Source: a virus. From it: a DNA stretch of 64,000 nt. Positions within the stretch are counted from its first letter, which is position 1; each line of letters starts with the position of its first letter. The stretch lies in the IMG/VR virus record IMGVR_UViG_3300031227_000032, positions 8,517-72,516 of that record; one strand, given 5' to 3'. A program made the position numbers and the translations under genes. The notes under the pieces are model-generated. The model had not been told where the DNA came from and ran no database searches. It saw only the letters and a list, made by a program, of their open reading frames with translations. Shown piece by piece: positions 49,588 to 59,697 of this stretch.

Positions 49588-50325
49588 TTACAGTTTATTT
49601 GCAACAGTGGTAGCGGTGTCTATCAGCGAGTGCAACATGCGCGACTCAGCTTCATTAGTAGCGGCTTGAGTGGATTCATCCGGCTCAAGTGCTGGCGCTT
49701 CAATGTCAGCTTCGGTACTGCCGTGCCCGTCGCCGTTGTCTGCAAGGTATTCGTCAAGCTGCGTAGCATTCGGAATGCTCACGCCTAAATCTTGAAGTAG
49801 CTGGATTGTAAACCTAACTTGCGCTAGATTATATGCGGATCGCATTTCATTGACTCCAGCACTCGGCCCAGCCTGCCAGTCTGGAGGTGTAATCGAATAT
49901 TCAAATAGTCTCGCCTCTTTAACATGATTAACTTGCTTATCGTCAGTCTCCATTTGCATAGGTTGGAAGCCGACGGATAGACCAATCTTACGATCAGCCT
50001 CATGTACCAACTTCATATATCCCCACGTCTCTTTAGCGATGGCGTGAGTCTCGATACTCAGCTTCGCACTGACTGCTAGGCCGTGCAGGTCTTCCGTTGC
50101 TGACTGCCCCAATCCAATCGGCGGTCTGCCAGAATATGAATCGTGCATATACAGCACTGATACCTTGCCGCCATTCTCCGATAGCGTCTTTTTATATGCG
50201 CCAGGGTCTACCATTTCGTTGTAGCATTCAATCAGTTCATTGAACACACTGGCGTATCCGTCAAACTCTCCTGTATCGCGCACGTCGGCTACGCGCATTT
50301 TAACGGTGTAATAATGTCTATCCAT
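49588..50325 (-). CDS. HK97-type prohead protease
   Basis: FDGYASVF, GAYKKTL, LYMHD, EDLHGL, GLSVGF, LFEYS. Confidence 0.92.
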   Translation of the reverse strand: MDRHYYTVKMRVADVRDTGEFDGYASVFNELIECYNEMVDPGAYKKTLSENGGKVSVLYMHDSYSGRPPIGLGQSATEDLHGLAVSAKLSIETHAIAKETWGYMKLVHEADRKIGLSVGFQPMQMETDDKQVNHVKEARLFEYSITPPDWQAGPSAGVNEMRSAYNLAQVRFTIQLLQDLGVSIPNATQLDEYLADNGDGHGSTEADIEAPALEPDESTQAATNEAESRMLHSLIDTATTVANKL

Positions 50326-50362
50326 GTTTCCCCCGTGGCGGGTAGCCGCCGTGTTTATCCTC

Positions 50363-51250
50363 TTAAGTTTTCGGGCGTAATTGTTTATCACCTGGTAGCA
50401 TCGGTGACAATCCGCAACGGCATTGAATGTCAAACGCAGCCTTGCCGCTCAGCATCGGCCCTTCGATGAAACCGACCTGATTGAATGTATCAAACAGCCC
50501 GTCCGCATCCGTCACGGCTCCGTCCATGACGATGTGACTGTACATGTCTTTGCCACCGCCACGTACTAAGCTATCGCGTGCCGTTAGCCACTCTGAACGT
50601 ATCACAACATCCAAGTATTCGGCGGACTGTTTGTAACCTTCAAGCTCTGCTTTAATGTCCGCACGTCCGACTTCGGTTCTAGCAATAGCGTTGCTACGCG
50701 GTTGTGTGATCGCATCAGTCTTGCCTGACCATTCGGCGTATTTCTCACTGATTGCTTTCGATGTAACCTTGAAGCCCTGATCTGCAGTATCAGCGATGAT
50801 GACCTCTAACTTTGCCGCGCTGGTTTTGTCAATCAGGTTAGAGCGTATATGTAAATTCTCAGTAAGCCACTTCCGGAAGTCAGGGCGATCAGGTGCGAAC
50901 GCCGGTAGCTTTTCCGCTGCCAGTACTGCAACCTCATCGACTGCCAACTGCCCGAACTCAGCTACTAACTCAGCTTGCAATGGGCCAATGATCGCAGCAT
51001 ACGCGGCATTTTCCACTTCAGGATTCAGCAACGGCTTAGGCTTATCAGCGCGTGTCTGTGCGGTCTTGAGTACCCGCGCCTCCTGACCTACCCAGTATTT
51101 TTCAATGCCCGCCTTGTAGCGTTCCTGCCACGGCTCGCGTATCTTATCCTGATCGGCTAATCGCTCCTCACGATCAGCCAGCGTTGGATACTTACTGCTG
51201 GGGAATGTAGGCTCATCGCCTATATCGTCATCGACCCGATGACTTGGCAC
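50363..51250 (-). CDS. MuF/SPP1 gp7-like minor head domain, in frame with the portal across one UGA
   Basis: RSNAIARTEV, EWLTARD..VR...H..MDG, IQCRC. Confidence 0.88.
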   Translation of the reverse strand: MPSHRVDDDIGDEPTFPSSKYPTLADREERLADQDKIREPWQERYKAGIEKYWVGQEARVLKTAQTRADKPKPLLNPEVENAAYAAIIGPLQAELVAEFGQLAVDEVAVLAAEKLPAFAPDRPDFRKWLTENLHIRSNLIDKTSAAKLEVIIADTADQGFKVTSKAISEKYAEWSGKTDAITQPRSNAIARTEVGRADIKAELEGYKQSAEYLDVVIRSEWLTARDSLVRGGGKDMYSHIVMDGAVTDADGLFDTFNQVGFIEGPMLSGKAAFDIQCRCGLSPMLPGDKQLRPKT

Positions 51251-51256
51251 GCCTCA
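51227..51256 (-). promoter_or_regulatory. UGA plus SECIS-like hairpin at the portal/MuF junction
   Basis: TGA-10 nt-GTCATCG-GGT-CGATGAC. Confidence 0.65.
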
Positions 51257-52606
51257 TCCGCAGGTTTCCAGATACGAACGCATAGCGCGCGCCGCCTCTT
51301 TTGTTTCATTCTCTTCGGTATCGACTCCGATCTCCTCTGGCTGGAGTTGTTTCAATGTATCTGGCAGTCTGATATACGGCTTGTTCAACGGGTTATCCGG
51401 ATCGTCAGGCTCGATCATTTCAAGCCCGCTGGCTTCGCGCTTTTCGTTCGGGGTCATCCAATCGCTGTTAGCAAGGTTGTGCACTCGTTCCGTTACGTTA
51501 TCCTGCAGCGCGTTGATTCCGCTTACAATCGGTAACAGCTTTACATCATCTTCAAGCCCCATCTTAGGTAACACAAACTCTGCAAACTCCTCGCGGAATA
51601 AGCGATGCAATGGCAATACTGTATTCTCATAGAGGAATCGTTCAGCGGACTCGACATTGTTATACGTTGATGATTTGTCATCGCCGACTAACTGTGACGG
51701 CACGCCCAGCGCCGCGCAGATATGCCGCATTGTCACACCAGCGCCGCTAGTCCAGTCCATCTCTTTCGGGCTATGCGCGAGTGCCATATAGTTAGACTTC
51801 TCGCCGTCAATGAAAGCCGTCGCGCCTGCGTTAGATGCACCGCTGAACTTATCGTTGTAATCCTGCTCAATGCGTGCGCGCACTTGCGGAGTCAGTGAAC
51901 TCCAACCCGTAATCTGCAACACACCGCCTGGTACTGCACTATTAGTAAGTAGCTTAGAGTTCCAAGCTAGCTGTAGGTTGCTGGTATCAATGTCCGTCGC
52001 TGCAGCATTCAATGGTGATAATCCAAACATCGGATGCGCAGGATCGGTGAACTTCACGTTATACATTTCGTCAGGCGTCAGATAGCGTTTATTGCCAATG
52101 CCTGTTTCGATAACGTACCGACTGACTGTGCGATTATCTGTGGTTTCAATCGTCACGCGGTCAGGCAATTCGAGATACATTTCAGGTGCGGTCTTGGGTT
52201 GCGTCTTGCCATTAGTCGTGCGCTTGCCAATGCCGATACCTTCGATGTATGTGATACCGGCAAGGTGAAGCTGATTAGACCACAGCGCGATGAACTCGTG
52301 ATAGCCTTGATTCGGATTGAAGCGCTGCACTAAGTTGTACAACGGCTTGACGCGCGGGGCTATATCATCCTGCGTTACAATCTCGCCCTCATACTCGATG
52401 CCGATTGGTACTGCGCAAAGGCCGTTGCCGATTACCCGCAAGCAGGCATATACAATCGGATTGTGCCGATACGCCTCTTTGTAAAACTCATTGAATCGGC
52501 GCGCGCGAAACTCAGCACTGACACCGTTAGTATCCTGAATCGTCAGAACCTTAGCGCGCAACATCGACCGTAGTATGAAGTTTTGGAATCGTTGTTTAAG
52601 GTTCAT
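51254..52606 (-). CDS. Portal protein (HK97 family)
   Basis: NPIVYAC, FNP, GLSPL.AA, ICAALGVP..LVG, STYNN, MTPNEKRE..GL. Confidence 0.94.
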   Translation of the reverse strand: MNLKQRFQNFILRSMLRAKVLTIQDTNGVSAEFRARRFNEFYKEAYRHNPIVYACLRVIGNGLCAVPIGIEYEGEIVTQDDIAPRVKPLYNLVQRFNPNQGYHEFIALWSNQLHLAGITYIEGIGIGKRTTNGKTQPKTAPEMYLELPDRVTIETTDNRTVSRYVIETGIGNKRYLTPDEMYNVKFTDPAHPMFGLSPLNAAATDIDTSNLQLAWNSKLLTNSAVPGGVLQITGWSSLTPQVRARIEQDYNDKFSGASNAGATAFIDGEKSNYMALAHSPKEMDWTSGAGVTMRHICAALGVPSQLVGDDKSSTYNNVESAERFLYENTVLPLHRLFREEFAEFVLPKMGLEDDVKLLPIVSGINALQDNVTERVHNLANSDWMTPNEKREASGLEMIEPDDPDNPLNKPYIRLPDTLKQLQPEEIGVDTEENETKEAARAMRSYLETCG

Positions 52607-52609
52607 AGT

Positions 52610-53137
52610 TTATCCCGTCGCCAATATATGAAATGGCGGCTTGACCGTTCCCTGTAGCGCCGCTGATGCTGATAGCGCAGTCTTAATCCTAGTCTTGGGC
52701 GCTTGCCCAGCAGTGCTGTATAGCGAGCCTAGCGCAACCATATAGCCGCTCCCTACTGATTCGTAGCCGCAGTGCGCACGGTTGTACTGAAAGTCATGAA
52801 AGTTATACAGGTGCTTACCCCACGCGATCAGGAATTGCCCAGCGGACGCTTTGTTATTTTCCAGCGCGGCAAAGTTTAGATCAGTGAATACCGGTCTCAG
52901 TAACTCGGTTATGTTGTATGCGTGGCGGTCAGGATCATTATGTATTTGGTCAGGCCACTTGACACCGTGCTTTAGAATCTGAATCATACGATAATCCGTC
53001 GTGCCGCCCATGACATACGGCCCGCGCTTGAATAGCTTGCGGTCGCCCTGTGAGATGCTAGTCCACTCATTCGCCGCCGCGCTGTCAGCTCCCATGTACA
53101 CGACGCCTTTATGCTTTAGGGCTACAATGCAAGTCAT
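52610..53137 (-). CDS. HslV/proteasome-like Ntn-hydrolase
   Basis: MTCIVAL....VYMGADS, RKLF, SVGSG..VALG; Thr is residue 1 after Met removal. Confidence 0.8.
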   Translation of the reverse strand: MTCIVALKHKGVVYMGADSAAANEWTSISQGDRKLFKRGPYVMGGTTDYRMIQILKHGVKWPDQIHNDPDRHAYNITELLRPVFTDLNFAALENNKASAGQFLIAWGKHLYNFHDFQYNRAHCGYESVGSGYMVALGSLYSTAGQAPKTRIKTALSASAALQGTVKPPFHILATG

Positions 53138-53182
53138 CTATACTCCCTTGACAAATGCTGGATAGTGTGTTATGATGATGGT

Positions 53183-53371
53183 ATGGTATTATACGAAACG
53201 CCAGCGGGCAGGGATAATATTGATCTGTATTTGGAAACCTGCCATGCGGGTGACAATCTGGTTATCATGCTCTATGACGATGATGGCAGCATTGTCCGTG
53301 AGCTATCTCCCGAGCAGTGTGACGCGCTACGTATCGCGCTATCGGATCATCTGGCAACGCTCATAAAATAA
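53183..53371 (+). CDS. Small hypothetical protein, leaderless moron
   Basis: Promoter 53148..53176 TTGACA-17-TATGAT. Confidence 0.65.
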   Translation: MVLYETPAGRDNIDLYLETCHAGDNLVIMLYDDDGSIVRELSPEQCDALRIALSDHLATLIK

Positions 53372-53395
53372 CGCGCCGTAATTTTGCGTAACCCC

Positions 53396-53424
53396 TTGAC
53401 ATTGCTCGCTGGCTGTGCTATACT
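53396..53424 (+). promoter_or_regulatory. Promoter TTGACA-17-TATACT with CAGTTAGCAA leader
   Basis: Member of the cassette family. Confidence 0.85.
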
Positions 53425-53453
53425 TATACCAGTTAGCAACAAGGAGAAACGAA

Positions 53454-53648
53454 ATGTTAGACAATAAAAACAACACGATGAACAAGTTTAATACAGGCGA
53501 TCACGTTATCTGCCGTGGTAAGAACTACAGAGTTACTGAGATCCGTGGTAGCCGTGGTTATGATACAAGCTGGTATTACACTTACAAGCTAACCTCAACT
53601 AACGGCTCATCCCGCCGTGCCCCGCAACACCTTATCTCGGTTGCATGA
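53454..53648 (+). CDS. Small SH3/KOW-like protein (cassette cargo)
   Basis: KFNTGDHV...YRVTEI; AGGAG RBS. Confidence 0.7.
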   Translation: MLDNKNNTMNKFNTGDHVICRGKNYRVTEIRGSRGYDTSWYYTYKLTSTNGSSRRAPQHLISVA

Positions 53649-53671
53649 CGAAACAATATGCATAATCATTC

Positions 53672-53694
53672 AGCCCCGCCCTCGCGGGGTTTTT
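53672..53694 (+). terminator. Intrinsic terminator
   Basis: GCCCCGC-CCTC-GCGGGGT-TTTT. Confidence 0.8.
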
Positions 53695-53696
53695 AC

Positions 53697-55061
53697 TTAC
53701 CCTGTCAGGTAATCCAGCAACTCCATTCCGCCCAGCTCACCGTATACCATGTACCTACAGGCGTCCGGTGCGTGGTCATGCTCTTTCACTGGCTTATCAT
53801 CTGCCAGCTTAGACGCGCTGTAATGATACGCGGGCATCCACTGCACTGCATTCGGACACTTCACCTTATCGAAGCATAGCGCCGGTACGTCCTCCCTGAC
53901 TAGCAGGCTGCGCACTTGCGAGATACCATCGTCAATGCCGTTAATGATCTTGCCCGTGGCGGTCTTAATGTACACCGGAATGCCAAGGCCGATTAACTCC
54001 GCGTTTGCTGCAGCCGACGACGGATCACAGAACGCACCCTTAAACTGATTCTCGTTCAGATGGTCAATGCCTAACGCCGTGAGCTTGTTAATGATCTGCT
54101 CGCCGATCTGCGCTGGTATCTGACCGCTGACGTATATCTCATCGAAGACATTGATCTGCTCAGCGCCTACTTGCTGCCCGAATAGTACACACGTTGGGTT
54201 ATCGAAACCCCAGTCAATGCCCAGGAACACCCGCGAGTCAGGCGTATACTTTACCTCTGCAACGTGGCGCTCTAAGCTGAACTGCGGATAGACTGAACCT
54301 GTCCGCGCTTCAAACTCTGCTAGAAACTCCTGACTGAAGCGTGATAGCTCACCGCGCCGGATGTACATATCGCGGATTTTGTCAATCGTCGCCGTATCAT
54401 TAAACGGGTTATCATAGCTAGTCCACTTCGCTGTAGCATACTCTGAATCGACTAACGCTTGGTCTGTCCAGTCAAGCCAGGTGTCCCGTGCGTGGTTATA
54501 TCCGTTCGGTGTGGTAGGTATACCCAGCACGCCCTTACAGTCAAGCAGCGGCGGCATGAGATGTTCAGCGAGCACGTCCTTACCAAAGGCGTACTCATCG
54601 GCAAGTGTCATTACAAGCCCAGGCCCGCGCAGTGAGGTAGGGTCTTTTGTAGTCTTACCCTCAATCCTAGCACGCCACGGCATTTCGATATACCGCTCAC
54701 GTGTAGACTTATGCAACGGCGTTGCGCCCAATACCTTTTGATCGACTACGAACTTCCAGACCTGCCCGAAGATGTTATCTGTAATGTCAGATTCAGGTGC
54801 AGCTACAAGTATCAAACGTTTCGGCAGTAGGCCAATCGGTTTGAATGCCATCTCAGTTGTACCCTCGGTAGACCAGCCTAGCGACTTACCGGAACGCCGA
54901 CCTGCAACGTTCATTATGTACTTAGCGCCCGCGTCTATCGGGTTATGTATGCCGCGCAGTTGCCCCGCGTGCGGTACGTAGTCTATGGCATTCCATATAC
55001 GTTGCCTGTGATATTTGCGTTCAAGCGTGCGGAATTGCTGTGGTGTAATGAGTGTAGACAA
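53697..55061 (-). CDS. terL: Terminase large subunit
   Basis: AGRRSGKS, LRG...LADEYA, TTPNG.N, GIDWG, DHAPDACRY. Confidence 0.95.
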   Translation of the reverse strand: MSTLITPQQFRTLERKYHRQRIWNAIDYVPHAGQLRGIHNPIDAGAKYIMNVAGRRSGKSLGWSTEGTTEMAFKPIGLLPKRLILVAAPESDITDNIFGQVWKFVVDQKVLGATPLHKSTRERYIEMPWRARIEGKTTKDPTSLRGPGLVMTLADEYAFGKDVLAEHLMPPLLDCKGVLGIPTTPNGYNHARDTWLDWTDQALVDSEYATAKWTSYDNPFNDTATIDKIRDMYIRRGELSRFSQEFLAEFEARTGSVYPQFSLERHVAEVKYTPDSRVFLGIDWGFDNPTCVLFGQQVGAEQINVFDEIYVSGQIPAQIGEQIINKLTALGIDHLNENQFKGAFCDPSSAAANAELIGLGIPVYIKTATGKIINGIDDGISQVRSLLVREDVPALCFDKVKCPNAVQWMPAYHYSASKLADDKPVKEHDHAPDACRYMVYGELGGMELLDYLTG

Positions 55062-55076
55062 AGCATTGTAGTTAGG

Positions 55077-56836
55077 TTAGTTGCGGCAAAGGTGTTTCAG
55101 CGATTCGCAGCGATCAGTATGTCTGAAACGCTCATCGTGAAAATCGTAATGATCAATCACTAGCGCGATCAATTCAGCATCTTTATCGAAATCATCCAGC
55201 TCATAGATTGCTGGCTTAACGAAATCAGATACGGTAATACTGTTTAGGTCTGTGTGATTATCACGAATCATCACAACCAACTCGGCGACGCGCTCCAATT
55301 CGTTATCCAGTATGCCTGTGTGATGATACAGCCAGATGAACCGCTTAAACTCAGTTATACATTCTCGCAACTCACGTGATGCCTTGAATATGCTATCACG
55401 CATTGCGCGATGCTGGTCTCTTATGTGGGGCATACAAACTCCTTTGCATTAGTCATGTGGCCGGTTGGTTATCTCGCCTAACGTATTCAAGTATCCGGCG
55501 TGTCCGCAATGGTAGCATTCAATCGGTATCTGCATAACTGACTTATCTCCAGCTTGTGACGCTCTCAGCAGTGCAATGTCAACGATAACATATTCCGCAC
55601 TGCCGCATTTCGCGCATTGCCAACTAGATTGAAAGCACGGCGAATAGTCGCTATGATACCTGTCGGCGCTACTAGAATAATGATCACTTGCACGCAACGC
55701 CGACGTAAGCCTCTGAACGGCCATCGTCAGTTCTGCAATGTCATTTTCAGTGGGACACATATTTACTCCTATGCTGTAGTATTAATCATCGTCATCGTCA
55801 TGGGGCGGATACCCTAGATGTTTAGCACACTCATCACATAGGCCATAGCCGTAATCATCCCATAGCGTGGCCCCGCAGTTACTACACATGCTCATCTATC
55901 ATCTCCAATTACTGGGCGGTATGTGGATTATCATAGCCTGTCCATTCGCTAGCAACATGCTCGCTGAAGTCTGCTAGATATTCCTGCTGAAATATTGAAT
56001 CACTCATCTATTCACCTTTCCGTAACTCGCTTGTAAATCCACTCATCTATGTTGCGCAATACGTGAAGCTGATCCGGCGTCAGGTCGCCTAATGCCAATA
56101 CCGCCTTGCGAATCTCGCGTAGTTCGTATGCGATCTTGCCTGCGTTATCCAGGTGCAGGTAATATAGTTTGTCAATGTTATCAGGCCACTCGCCATCTTC
56201 TGAGACGATCAGCGGGCCTCTATCCCATAGACAATATCCATTCTCCTGTAATGGGATCAGCAAGTGATAACGCAACCGCCCGTCTTCATAGTCATCATGT
56301 GAAATGAAATCGAACTGCATTTCGCGGTACATCTGTGTGCGACTTGAATAACCAGAACAATATTCATCGCTCATCTATCCATCTCCTTTGCTAAATTGAT
56401 CTAGTCACAATTATCTAGCTGATCAGAGTGCGCATACCGGCTCCTCGGGATCGAAGTGCAGCTCCTCGGTGAATAGCTCTTGTTCTGATAGCCAGTCTTG
56501 CCAATGCTCGCGCGCTACACTTTCAGCCGTTGCACGCTCACTCCATGTTGTTTTGCAAGGGTATCTTTCGTCAATTGGGCGCGGTGACATTGACCACGAT
56601 CCACTATCGCTCAGGTTGCGGACTAGATACATCTTGCCAATCATCACCTGCCAACGCTCAACTCCGTCTGCACATGCGCGGCGGATGATGCTATAGCTCG
56701 GGATAGAGCGGGCATCACGCTTATTTTTGTGCGTTCGCCATAGTTCGCTGATACCGGCAATGATAATGACAAACAACACTGACACGCCTGCAATCAATAT
56801 GATAAATGCGATTGTCGGTATAATATATTGCATCAT
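55077..56836 (-). other. Cluster of small hypothetical genes (55077..55433, 55449..55760, 56012..56374, 56423..56836)
   Basis: ORFs with RBS-like sites; 56423..56836 is a membrane-anchored paralog of 10375..10647. Confidence 0.65.
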
Positions 56837-57197
56837 TCACTTCCTTTGAACATCTCCAATGCCATGTTAAACTTCGTTCGCAGACGCGCCGCTGTTTCAT
56901 CATCCAGCAGCAACATACGATCCTCGCGTAAGTTATCGTGCAGGTCGGCTAGCTTGATCCTGATAGCAGCATCGTCTCCGCTGTTAATGATACGCTGTAT
57001 GTAATCTTTGTAATGATGCTCAGTGCGAGTCAGGCATGCATCAACGCGGCGTCGGTTTCATCTTCGTCAAGGCCGTCACCCAAGCATTCCAACATAACAT
57101 CGCGTGGATGGCAGTAATACGGCGTGCCGCTTTTGTCAGTCTGGCCAGCGTGCGCGGCGAACATATATTCTATGCTATCAATAGTCAGCTTAGCCAT
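56833..57197 (-). pseudogene. Disrupted HD-domain hydrolase (SpoT/Mesh1-like)
   Basis: AHAGQTDKSGTPY..HP...AALMH, then a frameshift to LTR....Y..YIQRI.....IKLADLHDN. Confidence 0.75.
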
Positions 57198-57634
57198 CAG
57201 TGGCACTCCCCGTCAAACTCATACTTACTGCCATGCAATGTGATATTCGCCACGCCCCATGCAATCTGAATATCCAAAATATATCTACCGTCGGGATATT
57301 GCAAAAGCAGCGCCACTGCAAAACCCAGCTTGCTCAGTTGATAGATAATCTTGCCATCATCTATACGGTGCCGCCATGTGATATGATTATCGCACGCATC
57401 ACAACCGAAGCCGTGACACTGCCAGCAATACTCGCTGTTGCGCTTGGCGACGTTCATGTGCGCTCGGTACATACTACTGAAATACATCAGTGGCGCTCCT
57501 CGCGTATGGCCGCACACCGCGCCTCTATATCAGCTACCCACTCTGCTATATCTGCTTTATCCTCATCACTCAAACCACCGCGCTGATTGATCGCAAAGAA
57601 CCACTGCAAAGTACCTAGCATGTCTGCACACTGA

Positions 57635-57751
57635 TTATCCACTATGGCACTCCTCGCAATCCAGCGGTACATCGTAGTAATGCCGTGGGCAATCATCCAC
57701 GATAGCGGCGCATCCTGTCAGCAGTAGCGCAATGATGATTAGTCGTATCAT
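57635..57751 (-). CDS. 38-aa lipoprotein with a CxxCH motif, leaderless
   Basis: MIRLIIIALLLTG-C...DCEECHSG; promoter 57758..57786 TTGACT-17-TATAAT. Confidence 0.6.
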   Translation of the reverse strand: MIRLIIIALLLTGCAAIVDDCPRHYYDVPLDCEECHSG

Positions 57752-57778
57752 AACTACATTATACCACAGTCACGGCAG

Positions 57779-59480
57779 TTAGTCAAGCCAGTACAGCGGA
57801 TCGTATATGCTACAATTCCAGTCATCAGCGCAGTAGTCATCTTCGGGCTTCACTACGCTATCACGCACGCGGTCGCCTGCTTGTTCGTTTGGCTGTGCGT
57901 CAACTTTCATCGTGCCGCTAATGTTATTTCGGCATCTCCCCTGTATCGTAACATCCTGATATTCTGCCATGAATCGTGCGTGGTCATCAGACGACGGCTT
58001 TGCATTATTCCATACAGCATCATCAGTATCGTTATCCCAGAAGTCATCGCCCATTACAATCGGCTTATCGCCGTCGCGCTTGCCGAATAGACCACCGATG
58101 GCCTCACCGATCAGCGCGCCAACCTCGATACTGCCGCGTTCAGCTAGGTCACTGAGCTTCTGCGCAGCTTCACAGAACGCCTTGACCGCTGGCGATACAG
58201 TTGCATCCACGATCTTCGCGCCCATGTTGGTAGCGTGTGCGTGCGCTTGGCCGTATGTTTCAAAGCCATCAGCGGTGAAGCATACCGGAATGTGGCTGGG
58301 GTGTGGCACTTCATACTCCACATACCACGGCAAGTGCAGTGCGTCAGTCTTGCGGATGTAAGCGATCAGCTTCGCAATTTTCTCATTTGTTGGATATGCC
58401 ATCTACTCATCTCCCTTGCTGTTGCGCGATTGCGAATACAGCTTGTATCCCTTGCGCGCCTCATCATTTGTCGTGCATGTAATGAGAGCACCGCACATAC
58501 ACTTAAACGTCATATCAATATCAAGGTATGTATGACCGTCATACCCAAATGCGATCATATACTTTCGATCAAACGAGCACCGCGAACCGCAACTAGGACA
58601 CTCTACATTCATCTCAGAGCTAACGCCGCATGACCACGTTGGATCATTGTAGAAATGCCACTTGCAGTATTGGCTGTAGCTCATCCATCCCCCCTTGCCG
58701 TTTGCTGTGTATCGCACCACGCCCATAGCTCAACGTCGGTTCTGATCTTGCCAAAGTGATCCGCTGTCAGTAGTGTGCGATTGCTGTTATCTATTTCTGG
58801 CAGGTCGATGTTGAACAATTCAGATAATACACGGGACAGTTCGGTGTCAGGCGTGCGATGATCCAAACTAGACTCACGCACTGTTAATGCACTGACATGA
58901 TCCATGCCATACACGAACGCAACCTCAGTAATGTATCTACTCTCGGCATCCTCACGCCAGATGTACCAAGGCCGATATGCACGCATCATCCATCCCCCTG
59001 ACCTATCTGGTCGCCGTGATCTCCGAAGTGGTCTATGTGTGCATCCCTAGCTATCTTATCCATTTCACGCTCATAGTATGCGTCCCATGCGGCGCTAGTA
59101 TCTTCGCTGCCGCCAAACAGCCCAGCAACCCACCCGAACATAGAGGCGATAGCGCGGATTATGTGCATACGTATGCTCTCCTTTGTCTGCTATTTGCGTA
59201 CAATTGGATGCTATTTGCGTACATCTACACATCCCCTTTGCGATACACGTAATACAACACCAGCACAAGACGGGGCTATGTGCAAGTGCTATTTCAGCCA
59301 TGCTCCGAGACACAGCACGGACGCACTGAGCGTCATGTACCCAGCGCAACTCACCAGAACGCTCCAGCCCCTCATGCCGCGATCAAACAGAAAACTGCCC
59401 ATGTCAACCAGCCCAACACCAAAGATCAGCGTCAAGACCGCTCCACAGTAATATCCATTAAATTCTAGTCCGTCCATCAT
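57779..59480 (-). other. Cluster of hypothetical genes (57779..58402, Zn-finger ORF to 58403, 58681..58989, 58986..59168, 59289..59480)
   Basis: Coupled ORFs; promoter 59502..59530 TTGACA-17-TATGAT. Confidence 0.65.
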
Positions 59481-59697
59481 ACGTCTCCTTTACTTACCAT
59501 CATCATAACACAGTCAGGCGTGTATGTCAAGCTACTCATACATGATCGTCGGGAAGCTATGGTTATATCCACATTGCGGACACGTCGCATCGTGTGACAG
59601 TGCATTGCCAGCTTCCATCTGAGAGTGCTGCAGTTCGCAGTCACAGTCAGGGCAGAAATACACGTCAATCTCTATCGTGCGTTTGCGGATTATGGGA

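Noticed and set aside
57020-57040. TGA in the HD gene as a Sec site
   Set aside because: The conserved sequence continues in a different frame, so this is a deletion/frameshift.
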